Below are positions 46,777-54,501 of a stretch of DNA of 64,000 nucleotides, in pieces; within the stretch, counting starts at the first letter, position 1; every line of letters starts with the position of its first letter. Location: IMG/VR virus record IMGVR_UViG_3300045988_180644. One strand, 5' to 3'. The notes beneath the pieces were generated by a model. The model saw only the letters and a program-made list of their open reading frames with translations, did no database searches and was not told the origin of the DNA. The translations under genes and the position numbers were made by a program. Source of the DNA: a virus.

Positions 46777-46853
46777 GCCACCATAGCACAACTGGCAGTG
46801 CAACTGACTTGTAATCAGGAGGTTGGAGGTTCGATTCCTTCTGGTGGCACCAT
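46777..46853 (+). tRNA. tRNA-Thr (TGT)
   Basis: acceptor GCCACCA/TGGTGGC, anticodon loop CTTGTAA. Confidence 0.7.
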
Positions 46854-46857
46854 ATTT

Positions 46858-46944
46858 GGAGAGGTATGCCTAGTGGCGATGGCACCTGACTGTAAATCAG
46901 GCACGTTAGAAACACCGTAGGTTCGACTCCTACTCTCTCCACCA
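46858..46944 (+). tRNA. tRNA-Tyr (GTA), long variable arm
   Basis: anticodon stem CCTGA/TCAGG loop CTGTAAA. Confidence 0.7.
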
Positions 46945-46952
46945 TTTCAAAT

Positions 46953-47041
46953 GCCCAAATGGTGAAATCAGGTAGACACACTGGACTTAAAATCCAGAGG
47001 AAAATAATTCCGTGCCAGTTCGAGTCTGGCTTTGGGTACCA
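46953..47041 (+). tRNA. tRNA-Leu (TAA), long variable arm
   Basis: anticodon stem CTGGA/TCCAG loop CTTAAAA. Confidence 0.7.
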
Positions 47042-47047
47042 TATTTT

Positions 47048-47122
47048 GCGGGTGTGATTCAACGGCTAGAATGTCAGCCTTCCAAGCTGAATACGTGGGT
47101 TCGATTCCCATCACCCGCTCCA
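47048..47122 (+). tRNA. tRNA-Gly (TCC)
   Basis: acceptor GCGGGTG/CACCCGC, anticodon stem TCAGC/GCTGA loop CTTCCAA. Confidence 0.7.
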
Positions 47123-47127
47123 TAAAT

Positions 47128-47217
47128 GGAAAGTAAATCCAAGAGGTTTTGGAACACGCCTGCTAAGCGTTGTGTGGGTATGACACCCATGAGTTTCGAT
47201 TACTCTGCTTTCCGCCA
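47128..47217 (+). tRNA. tRNA-Ser (GCT), long variable arm
   Basis: anticodon loop CTGCTAA; 90 nt. Confidence 0.65.
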
Positions 47218-47220
47218 TAT

Positions 47221-47296
47221 ACGTCCTTAGCTCAGAGGAAAGAGCACGCGCCTTCTAAGCGTGATGTCAAAGGTTCGACTCCTTTAGGGCGTACCA
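47221..47296 (+). tRNA. tRNA-Arg (TCT)
   Basis: anticodon stem CGCGC/GCGTG loop CTTCTAA. Confidence 0.65.
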
Positions 47297-47305
47297 ATTC
47301 AATAT

Positions 47306-47382
47306 CGCGGGGTAGAGCAGTTTGGTAGCTCGTCGGGCTCATTCCCCGAAGGTCGCAAGTTCAAATCTTGCCCCCGCAACCA
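47306..47382 (+). tRNA. initiator tRNA-fMet (CAT)
   Basis: C1xA72 mismatch, three G-C pairs in anticodon stem (TCGGG/CCCGA), loop CTCATTC. Confidence 0.7.
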
Positions 47383-47384
47383 AT

Positions 47385-47459
47385 GGTGCATTCGTATAAT
47401 GGTTAGTATGCTTGACTGTCTATCATGAGATAGGGGTTCGATTCCCCTATGCACCGCCA
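47385..47459 (+). tRNA. tRNA, probably Asp (GTC); anticodon arm imperfect
   Basis: acceptor GGTGCAT/ATGCACC, T-arm AGGGG-TTCGATT-CCCCT; loop CTGTCTA. Confidence 0.5.
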
Positions 47460-47465
47460 AAAAAC

Positions 47466-47550
47466 GCCGAATGTCCGGGTGGTGAGGAAGGAATCTTGAA
47501 AACTCTGGGCGGGCAACCGCTTGCAGGTTCGAATCCTGTGTTCGGCGCCA
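47466..47550 (+). tRNA. tRNA-Ser (TGA), long variable arm
   Basis: loop CTTGAAA; 85 nt. Confidence 0.55.
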
Positions 47551-47551
47551 C

Positions 47552-47627
47552 GGTTTCGTAGCTCAATAGGTAGAGCGCGTGGCCGAAGACCACGGCAGTA
47601 TTGGTTCAATTCCAGTCGAAACCACCA
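47552..47627 (+). tRNA. tRNA-Phe (GAA)
   Basis: anticodon stem CGTGG/CCACG loop CCGAAGA. Confidence 0.7.
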
Positions 47628-47632
47628 TAAAT

Positions 47633-47711
47633 GGGAAATGGGACTGCTTGGAGTGGTCATCTGTTTTGCACACAGAACATCAGATGGATTCGAATCCCAT
47701 ATTTTCCACCA
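47633..47711 (+). tRNA. tRNA-Ala (TGC)
   Basis: anticodon stem TCTGT/ACAGA loop TTTGCAC. Confidence 0.6.
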
Positions 47712-47718
47712 AAAATCT

Positions 47719-47793
47719 AGGAGCGTAGCACAAAGGTGAGTGTACACGACCGATAATCGTGCGATGTAAGTTCGAGTCTTGCCGTTCCTACCA
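47719..47793 (+). tRNA. tRNA-Ile (GAT)
   Basis: anticodon stem CACGA/TCGTG loop CCGATAA. Confidence 0.7.
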
Positions 47794-47800
47794 TTTATAT

Positions 47801-47874
47801 CATCTGTAGCTTATATGGTAAAGCCACAGCCGTTAGTGCTGGGGAAGTTTGGTTCGACTCCAGACCGGATGCCA
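47801..47874 (+). tRNA. atypical tRNA-like gene; anticodon loop CGTTAGT (would read TTA = ochre UAA if functional)
   Basis: T-arm TTTGG-TTCGACT-CCAGA, acceptor CATCTGT/CCGGATG with one mismatch; position-33 G. Confidence 0.35.
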
Positions 47875-48283
47875 GAGTTAAGGATTCTCTGAGAAAAATC
47901 TATATTGGAAAGGACCACGGTGAGGAACTGTAAGCTTTTTTGCGACACTATTCCAAAACCGAAAGCATCTAGCTAATGCCTTGTTGGTCTGAGTTTCAAG
48001 TGCGAGGTTTGGGGCGACTTGAATAAAAATAGTATGGGAATAAAAAATCTGACGACAGCCGGATTGACAATATATTTCCGTCCTGTATAGGTAAAAGTGG
48101 TTTGATGTGAACCGTCAAAAGAAAAAACATCGCTGTCAAATACCGAACAAAGGATAAGAGTAGGTAAAAGACAAACCAGAATTCTTGAGGCTATTAACCT
48201 CTATTTGAATATCATTGAATAAGTTAATGGTCAACAGTCCATTGGGTAACTCCATAGGAGCGCTGTTAGGTCTTTTCTTTTAT

Positions 48284-48360
48284 AGCAGAATGGCGAAATT
48301 GGTAGACGCACAGGACTTTGACTCCTGCATTTGAAGGTTCGAATCCTTCTTCTGCTGCCA
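48284..48360 (+). tRNA. tRNA-Gln (TTG)
   Basis: acceptor AGCAGAA/TTCTGCT, anticodon stem CAGGA/TCCTG loop CTTTGAC, CCA encoded. Confidence 0.7.
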
Positions 48361-48375
48361 AAATACTCAAATAGG

Positions 48376-48969
48376 GTGATAGATTTGTCAACTTATTATG
48401 ATTATTATGTTTTTATTAAAAAGGATAATGAGTTTAAGTATGCTGGATACTATGATATCTCTGGCAAACCCCTTCCCATATATTATCATACCCGTAGCTT
48501 CTCATACGGTTTCTTAGATTATGGACAATACGTTAATGACCTAGATAAATATGGTATCCATTTACCAAACGAAGGTGATGAGGAAGATGAAGCCAGATTT
48601 GGTTACCTTTTCCAATTACCAGACATAGATTCCATTCCAGACAGAAGCCATAAAGAAGCTTATATATATCAAACTCTACAAAGAGATATGGAAATTAATC
48701 ATTTCGAATATGACATAGAAGAATATTTGGAAAATGATGAAGAATCTGTCGATGGGCATCCACTTGTTATCTGCAAGAGCGAATTTGATAGATTGTCATT
48801 AGATAAACAAAGGGAATATTTTTACTATCACTGGACTGATTATGAAGATATGTCCTACCATAGAAATATTCTATGTACCATCATCAATAACTGGATTAAT
48901 ATAAGACAATTCAAGGAATTCAGTGATGTAGATAGAAAAGACATTTATATTGTTGCCTTTGGAGGGTAG
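48376..48969 (+). CDS. hypothetical protein (start uncertain)
   Basis: tracker ORF begins inside tRNA-Gln; candidate GTG start VIDLSTYYDYY just after it. Confidence 0.4.
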   Translation: MIDLSTYYDYYVFIKKDNEFKYAGYYDISGKPLPIYYHTRSFSYGFLDYGQYVNDLDKYGIHLPNEGDEEDEARFGYLFQLPDIDSIPDRSHKEAYIYQTLQRDMEINHFEYDIEEYLENDEESVDGHPLVICKSEFDRLSLDKQREYFYYHWTDYEDMSYHRNILCTIINNWINIRQFKEFSDVDRKDIYIVAFGG

Positions 48970-48983
48970 GGGGGGTGATGTAA

Positions 48984-49712
48984 GTGCAATGTAAAATATA
49001 TAAACGCACTTGGTCGTTGAAAAGGAAGTATCAATCAGAAGCGAGTTGTTATTATCTTTTTGATATTGATTATCCTTTTCCTTATAAACCATCCTATTTA
49101 AAAGCTCACAATTATCCTCGATTTTGGTGGACAACAGAATGGAATCTTATCTGTGATGAATTCAATCCTGAAAAGTATGAAGATATGGAATGGTTTAGGA
49201 AGAATGTTGCAGGATGCTTTGTGTCTCCTAAAGCGCTTAAATATATTCCATTTGCCAAATCAGATGATGATTTCCCTGTCCATGAAATATATGAAATAGA
49301 AGTTGTACAATATAAGGTAGTCAATGAAATGAGCTATCCTATAGATATGAATAACTATATCAGTGATTATATTGAGGAAAATATTAGAAGGCGTAAGGAA
49401 ACAGCACAACATTTCGATATTGGTCGTTATTATCCATCTCTACGCTACTATTGGCGAAATCCTCAAACAACAAATGAAAAAAGACAGCAGTTATCTAAAG
49501 AGGAGAAAAGATACTATCAGGAAAACGGATGGCCTATCCAAGAACGTTCTAAAAGAAATGCAAGGAATTTGCCAGACCTGTTTGACGATAAATTCATCCA
49601 TGTTGATAAATGCTGGAAATCTCAGACTCGTCAGTCTCGACAATATTTTAGAAATAAAAGAGCCAAAAGAAAAAGAATTCATGGAGAGGAATATAGGAAT
49701 TTTGTGGGGTGA
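48984..49712 (+). CDS. hypothetical protein with basic C-terminus
   Basis: 242 aa; GTG start; RNKRAKRKRIH tail. Confidence 0.5.
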   Translation: MQCKIYKRTWSLKRKYQSEASCYYLFDIDYPFPYKPSYLKAHNYPRFWWTTEWNLICDEFNPEKYEDMEWFRKNVAGCFVSPKALKYIPFAKSDDDFPVHEIYEIEVVQYKVVNEMSYPIDMNNYISDYIEENIRRRKETAQHFDIGRYYPSLRYYWRNPQTTNEKRQQLSKEEKRYYQENGWPIQERSKRNARNLPDLFDDKFIHVDKCWKSQTRQSRQYFRNKRAKRKRIHGEEYRNFVG

Positions 49713-50011
49713 TATTCTTGTCATATACTCAAAAACGTCATTCAAAAGAAGATATTCGACATGAAGCATGTGTTCATATCAAAAGAAAAGAAAAAATATT
49801 AAAGAATGTTTATGATGCGGGCAATGGTGAATGTAAAAACAATGAAAAACTTGGCTCTTACTACGGATACACGAAAGGAAAGTCGCACCGTCTTTCAAAA
49901 GGCAAAATTCATTGCTCCTGTCCAATGTGTAGAGAAAAGACGAAGGAAAGAGGATGGAAACACGCTGATGAAGTCAATATGATGAAAGGACTTGAAGATG
50001 AGAGAGAATAG
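49709..50011 (+). CDS. small basic CxC...CxxC protein (paralog of 51856..52113)
   Basis: SHRLSKGKIHCSCPMCREKTKERGW vs THRLSDAKIHKSCPLLQRKTNKLGY. Confidence 0.5.
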   Translation: MIFLSYTQKRHSKEDIRHEACVHIKRKEKILKNVYDAGNGECKNNEKLGSYYGYTKGKSHRLSKGKIHCSCPMCREKTKERGWKHADEVNMMKGLEDERE

Positions 50012-50134
50012 CCAATGTGAATGATGGATAATTCTAGAAAAAATCCGTCAAGACTCTACTCCTATTGAGGATGGGAAAAACTCAAGCTGAAAGATGCACC
50101 AATAACCAAGTATAAGAGGAAGGCTGTTTTATAT

Positions 50135-50209
50135 CTGTCTGTGGTCCAAAGGATACGATACAGAGCTACGGACTCTGTGATGATGGTTCGATTCCATCCA
50201 GACAGGCCA
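50135..50209 (+). tRNA. tRNA-Arg (ACG)
   Basis: acceptor CTGTCTG/CAGACAG, anticodon stem CAGAG/CTCTG loop CTACGGA. Confidence 0.65.
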
Positions 50210-50221
50210 AGAGGTAGAAAG

Positions 50222-50833
50222 ATGATAAGAGATTTTGTTTATCAGAGACTTGAATCTATGATAAACACTGTACCAACAGAACATTCTCAATCTCTTAATC
50301 AATATGCGAAAGATTTTATAAAAGGAATACAAGAGAAATGTGATGTCACAATGTCACATGTGTTTATCGAAAATTTCCCTATGATAGTTACTATTCATGA
50401 TATAGGGAAAAAGCATATTCCAGATTATATTTTAGAAAAAACAACTCAGTTGACGGATGATGAATATGAATGTGTGAAACATCATTGCATTTTAGGATAT
50501 GAAGACTTGCAAAAAGCTTTCAACAACATACCTCTGAATGAAGAAGAAAGGGAGTTGATAGAATTATGCAAGGAATCATGTTTATATCATCACGAAAGAC
50601 TTGATGGGAGCGGATATCCTTATGGTTATAAGCAAATCCCTCTTATCGCTCAGATGGTAGGAATTCTTGATAGTTTTGATGCTATGACTGTAAACAGATG
50701 CTATAAGAAAGCCATGAGCAAAGAAGAAGCTATCAAAAAACTTATTCAATCAGACAAATATAATGAGGAATTTATTTATGTATTATCGGAGGTGATAGAA
50801 AATGAAAATGAAATTAGAAATTCAGACAAATGA
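50222..50833 (+). CDS. HD-GYP domain phosphohydrolase (cyclic-dinucleotide phosphodiesterase family)
   Basis: HDIGK...HHCILGYED...HHERLDGSGYPYGY signature; start moved past tRNA-Arg to ATG (MIRDFVYQ) with AGAGGTAGAAAG RBS. Confidence 0.75.
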   Translation: MIRDFVYQRLESMINTVPTEHSQSLNQYAKDFIKGIQEKCDVTMSHVFIENFPMIVTIHDIGKKHIPDYILEKTTQLTDDEYECVKHHCILGYEDLQKAFNNIPLNEEERELIELCKESCLYHHERLDGSGYPYGYKQIPLIAQMVGILDSFDAMTVNRCYKKAMSKEEAIKKLIQSDKYNEEFIYVLSEVIENENEIRNSDK

Positions 50834-51008
50834 ATTGAATGTAACATATGAAGAATTAGTCAATCATGTTAAAGACTCTTTAAAAATGAAGAATGTCCCT
50901 TTAACAAAAGTGAAAGATGTAAAAGCATATTATGTTCCTAACACAAAAGTTTTGTATTACACAGCCATGTATAATGGTGAAGAAATCAAAGGAGAAAAAT
51001 ACTTGTAG
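50802..51008 (+). CDS. hypothetical protein
   Basis: 68 aa ORF overlapping HD-GYP 3' end. Confidence 0.4.
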   Translation: MKMKLEIQTNELNVTYEELVNHVKDSLKMKNVPLTKVKDVKAYYVPNTKVLYYTAMYNGEEIKGEKYL

Positions 51009-51009
51009 T

Positions 51010-51450
51010 TTTATACTTACAGTTTTCTCTTTATGCCAGCATTGCGATGAAACCTCCTCGTGGTTGCTGGTGGGTCGCGCTAATATCATCACAAGAAACA
51101 GACATATGGCTGAAAATCCTTTCAACGGGATAAGGCACACTTGCTTCATGGTGGGTGGAATTCCCATTACAGAAACTCGATTGAGATATAACATAAAGTG
51201 GTTCCAAGATGAACAATGCCGTTTGTAAATTGGCTGTGCGGACAAGGCTTTCCTATCCGGGTAACAAGGAAAGGGAAATCCTTCTGGTGATGCAAAGGTC
51301 GAGGCACAGGCTCCATGGTAGAAAAATCCAGAGAAGAAAAACATATGGTGATATATTCTGTAGTTGATACCATGGTTGAAGGTTACAGAGTCCTTTTTTA
51401 ATGCAATGAAAGCAAACGAGGAGCAGCATGTTGAGGTATGTACGTCTGTT
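51010..51450. ncRNA. ORF-free, GC-elevated ~440 nt block immediately upstream of tRNA-Gln: candidate structured RNA
   Basis: only overlapping low-complexity ORFs on both strands (50901..51539 etc.); GC-rich relative to flanks. Confidence 0.3.
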
Positions 51451-51453
51451 TGT

Positions 51454-51528
51454 ATCGGGATAGCATAATGGTAATGCGCATGGCTCTGAACCATGTCAGT
51501 GGAGGTTCGAATCCTTCTCCCGATGCCA
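51454..51528 (+). tRNA. tRNA-Gln (CTG)
   Basis: acceptor ATCGGGA/TCCCGAT, anticodon stem CATGG/CCATG loop CTCTGAA. Confidence 0.65.
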
Positions 51529-51683
51529 AAATAATGCAAATGACCTAAATCATGATAAAATGATAGTGGTAATCCTAATATCAGGAGCCACTATAATAGA
51601 AGATGGTAGCAGGGAACTATCATCTTCACTATTACATTAAAAAAAAGGAGAAAGATGATAGAAAACCACTATCATCTTCAAAT

Positions 51684-51758
51684 ATCTCCATAGTTTAGTT
51701 GGTAGAACGTCGGTCTCCAAAACCGAAAGCAGATGTTCGAGTCGTCTTGGAGGTGCCA
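51684..51758 (+). tRNA. tRNA-Trp (CCA)
   Basis: acceptor ATCTCCA/TGGAGGT, anticodon stem TCGGT/ACCGA loop CTCCAAA. Confidence 0.65.
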
Positions 51759-51759
51759 T

Positions 51760-51833
51760 GGTTTCTTGGCAGATTGGTTATGCGCAGGACTGCAACTCCT
51801 GTCAAGCTGGTTCGATTCCAGCAGAAATCTCCA
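51760..51833 (+). tRNA. tRNA-Cys (GCA)
   Basis: anticodon stem CAGGA/TCCTG loop CTGCAAC, T-arm GCTGG-TTCGATT-CCAGC. Confidence 0.65.
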
Positions 51834-51855
51834 TAAATTCTATTGAGGTGATTTT

Positions 51856-52113
51856 ATGTCTTATATGAGAAAAAGACACGACAGAGCTACAAAGCTTCGT
51901 AATGATTACAAGCACATGGCTCGCAAGAAAGAAATCATCCGTAATACATATACGGATAGCTTTTGGAGGGATGAAAGAGCAAAGAAAAGACTCTTTACGC
52001 ATCGTCTAAGCGATGCCAAGATACACAAAAGCTGTCCTTTGCTTCAAAGGAAAACAAATAAACTTGGATATTCATATTCAGACAAGAAAAGAATGAAGCC
52101 TATTGAAGCGTAA
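51856..52113 (+). CDS. small basic protein (paralog of 49709..50011)
   Basis: 85 aa; shared KIHxSCP block. Confidence 0.5.
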   Translation: MSYMRKRHDRATKLRNDYKHMARKKEIIRNTYTDSFWRDERAKKRLFTHRLSDAKIHKSCPLLQRKTNKLGYSYSDKKRMKPIEA

Positions 52114-52390
52114 AGAAAATTTCAAGCGTGAAGGGTATCTCTTGCAGATAGCATCCTTTTAAAAAGTAAGTCATATTATAAAGTATATAAGGATACTCTT
52201 TTACTCGCTATCAGATAGCTTGAAATTTGTGAACGTACTTTTCTGTTGTGTGCTTTCCTTGGAAAGCATTTGATGTAGCATCCTTTTAATTCTAAAAAAC
52301 GGAAGATTGGGGAAGCAGAAAAGCTTATCGCTACAAGATAGTTCGCATGGGGCTTTATGCCCCTTTTCTTTGTATATAAGGAGGTCAAAC

Positions 52391-54352
52391 ATGGAATTAA
52401 AGAACAATTATCAGTATTTATTACTTTCACAATATAGAATGGCTGTTTATGATGATACAGAATTGCCATTAACTCATGAAAATCTCATTAAAGCCATCAC
52501 ATTGAATGAGAATCTACTATCTCTCGGTTATACTTTAACAGCTAAGGATATCATCACTTTAGCATCTTCTCCATCATTAGACACCTTTTACTCCTCAATC
52601 AAATCCATCATCCCAAATATCAAAGCCAAGCCAATGTATCCAAACTTTCCAAGTCAGGTCATGAAGATGGATGAGGCAACATATCGCTTCCATCAGATGG
52701 TTCATTATTTTTCAACATATGGTCTTGAATCTATGTTGCCAATTGAGATTTGTAAAGGATGGTTGCCTAGCGTTGAAGACACAGAAAAGAATAAGGAGGA
52801 TGATACGTTATTAGAAGCCAAGGTACTAAGACTTTTACCTTGTAAACTCCAATATCAAACTCCTTACATATTATCTGTATCAAAGACGGAAAGAATGACT
52901 GCCATGGAAAGAGAAATTGTCAGACATGCGTGTACAGAAATTCCTTTAAAAATCCTTCAGGAAACACCTATCCCATTTAAGGAGAATCTATTGGAATTAT
53001 CATGGATTCTTTTCAATACATTAGAAAAGAAGTCTTTCCAGGATACACTTTCAAAAATCTGCAAACATACTGGAGATGTTTTAAGAGTCATCGCATACAT
53101 TTATAAAAGAAATCATTACCATTTCAAGACAAGTCAGAAAAGAATGTTTGTGCAGGTTCTGGAAAGATATTCCCCTGCAGACCTTGAAACAAACCTGATG
53201 CTTTCTTGGAAGAAAAGAGAGGGAAATATCAAGGTTTTACAGGGGATTGATTATCAGAACTACTCTCGCTCATTACCTCATATAAATGCTGTCAAAAAGC
53301 TAAGAAACAAGGAGTTGCGTTCATGGAATGGACAGGTTGATGCTATGCTTAAGATAAAGGATGAAAATGCTGTCTCTTTCATTGGTCAAAGACCAGGAAT
53401 GCTACTGAGAATGATGGCATGGTTGATGAGACTAGGATATGATAAAGAGTCAATCAAGAAGGAGTTGATAAATCATTGTGAAGACTTATCTATGTCAACT
53501 CTTATAACAGTCTTGACGTATTTCGGGGGACATGAGGAAAGAGAAGAGGCTGAAGGAATTTATGAAGTCTTAAGCGAGGTTCTTTTTGAAAAGATGAAAC
53601 ATCTCAAAACACCTCTACAGAACAAGAAAGTCTATGTGGATGAAGGAAACTTCTCTATGATAGATTCCATTGTTGAGTGTTCATCAAAATCTGATGAGGG
53701 AGGATACATCAGAAGTGGACTTGCCATCAAGATTCCAGAGAATGTAAAGAGATTACGTTTCTTTGTCTACTGGAATGATAAGCATCGTGTAGACATTGAC
53801 CTACACGCTAATGCCTTTGATAAGGAAGGAAATGCATTTCATGTCGGATGGTATGAAGAATATCATAAAAATGGTATCGTGACGTCAGGAGATATCACAC
53901 ATAGCAACGCTGCAGAATATATTGATATTGATATGACAAAGAATGTAGCTCGTGTCGATGCTCAAATTGATATCTACGATGGAAAGAGAAGTTTCAAGGA
54001 AATAGAAGAGTGTTTTGTTGGAATGATGGCTGTCAATCAATTAGGAGAAGACGTGAAGCTATATAATCCAAAGAACTGCTTCTTTTCACATTATCTAAGA
54101 AGTCAGCTGGACTATATGAACTATGGATTTATTGATGTAGACAAAAGACTTCTAATCTTTGGAGGAAAGAATAGAATAGAAGACTTGTACTCATCAAAGT
54201 TCAATCTTAAAGTCTATGTAGATTTGCTTTGCTTGGCACAAGGGGCAACAATGGTTTCCAATAGAGAGGAAGCTGAAATCATCTTAAGTGTAGATAAGAG
54301 AGAAGAAAAGAATAGCGTTTCTCTATTGGATAATAACTTTTTTGTTGAATAG
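52391..54352 (+). CDS. large protein with C-terminal TerD-like domain
   Basis: C-terminus VDIDLHANAFDKEGN...SGDITHSNAAEYIDIDMTK...IDIYDGKRSFKEIEECFVGM parallels TerD DLDASAF...TGDNRTGEGDGDDE...TIHDAQARRQSFGQV; start at ATG (MELKNNY) after AAGGAGG. Confidence 0.55.
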   Translation: MELKNNYQYLLLSQYRMAVYDDTELPLTHENLIKAITLNENLLSLGYTLTAKDIITLASSPSLDTFYSSIKSIIPNIKAKPMYPNFPSQVMKMDEATYRFHQMVHYFSTYGLESMLPIEICKGWLPSVEDTEKNKEDDTLLEAKVLRLLPCKLQYQTPYILSVSKTERMTAMEREIVRHACTEIPLKILQETPIPFKENLLELSWILFNTLEKKSFQDTLSKICKHTGDVLRVIAYIYKRNHYHFKTSQKRMFVQVLERYSPADLETNLMLSWKKREGNIKVLQGIDYQNYSRSLPHINAVKKLRNKELRSWNGQVDAMLKIKDENAVSFIGQRPGMLLRMMAWLMRLGYDKESIKKELINHCEDLSMSTLITVLTYFGGHEEREEAEGIYEVLSEVLFEKMKHLKTPLQNKKVYVDEGNFSMIDSIVECSSKSDEGGYIRSGLAIKIPENVKRLRFFVYWNDKHRVDIDLHANAFDKEGNAFHVGWYEEYHKNGIVTSGDITHSNAAEYIDIDMTKNVARVDAQIDIYDGKRSFKEIEECFVGMMAVNQLGEDVKLYNPKNCFFSHYLRSQLDYMNYGFIDVDKRLLIFGGKNRIEDLYSSKFNLKVYVDLLCLAQGATMVSNREEAEIILSVDKREEKNSVSLLDNNFFVE

Positions 54353-54501
54353 ACTGCTCATATAGGGTAGTCTATTTTTTACAAAGAAACGGATATGTTA
54401 ATATTAGGAAAAACATAAACATATTTAGAAAAATAACAAATATATATGAAAATATGTTATTATAGAGAAGTCAAAAATAGTAAAGAAAGGAGGTTGGATG
54501 A

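Noticed and set aside
46120-47747. ORFs 46120..46314, 46593..46784, 46706..47062, 46711..46920, 47403..47747, 47521..47739 in the tRNA array
   Set aside because: They overlap back-to-back tRNA genes; open frames are a consequence of GC-rich stop-poor tRNA sequence.
47801-47874. Genuine ochre-suppressor tRNA implying stop-codon recoding
   Set aside because: ORFs across the window are intact under the standard code and end normally with TAA; the tRNA-like gene has a weak anticodon stem and G33. A pseudogene is more likely.
50901-51539. 212-aa minus-strand ORF plus three overlapping ORFs
   Set aside because: Low-complexity translations in a GC-rich block that also overlaps tRNA-Gln; treated as non-coding (candidate structured RNA) instead.
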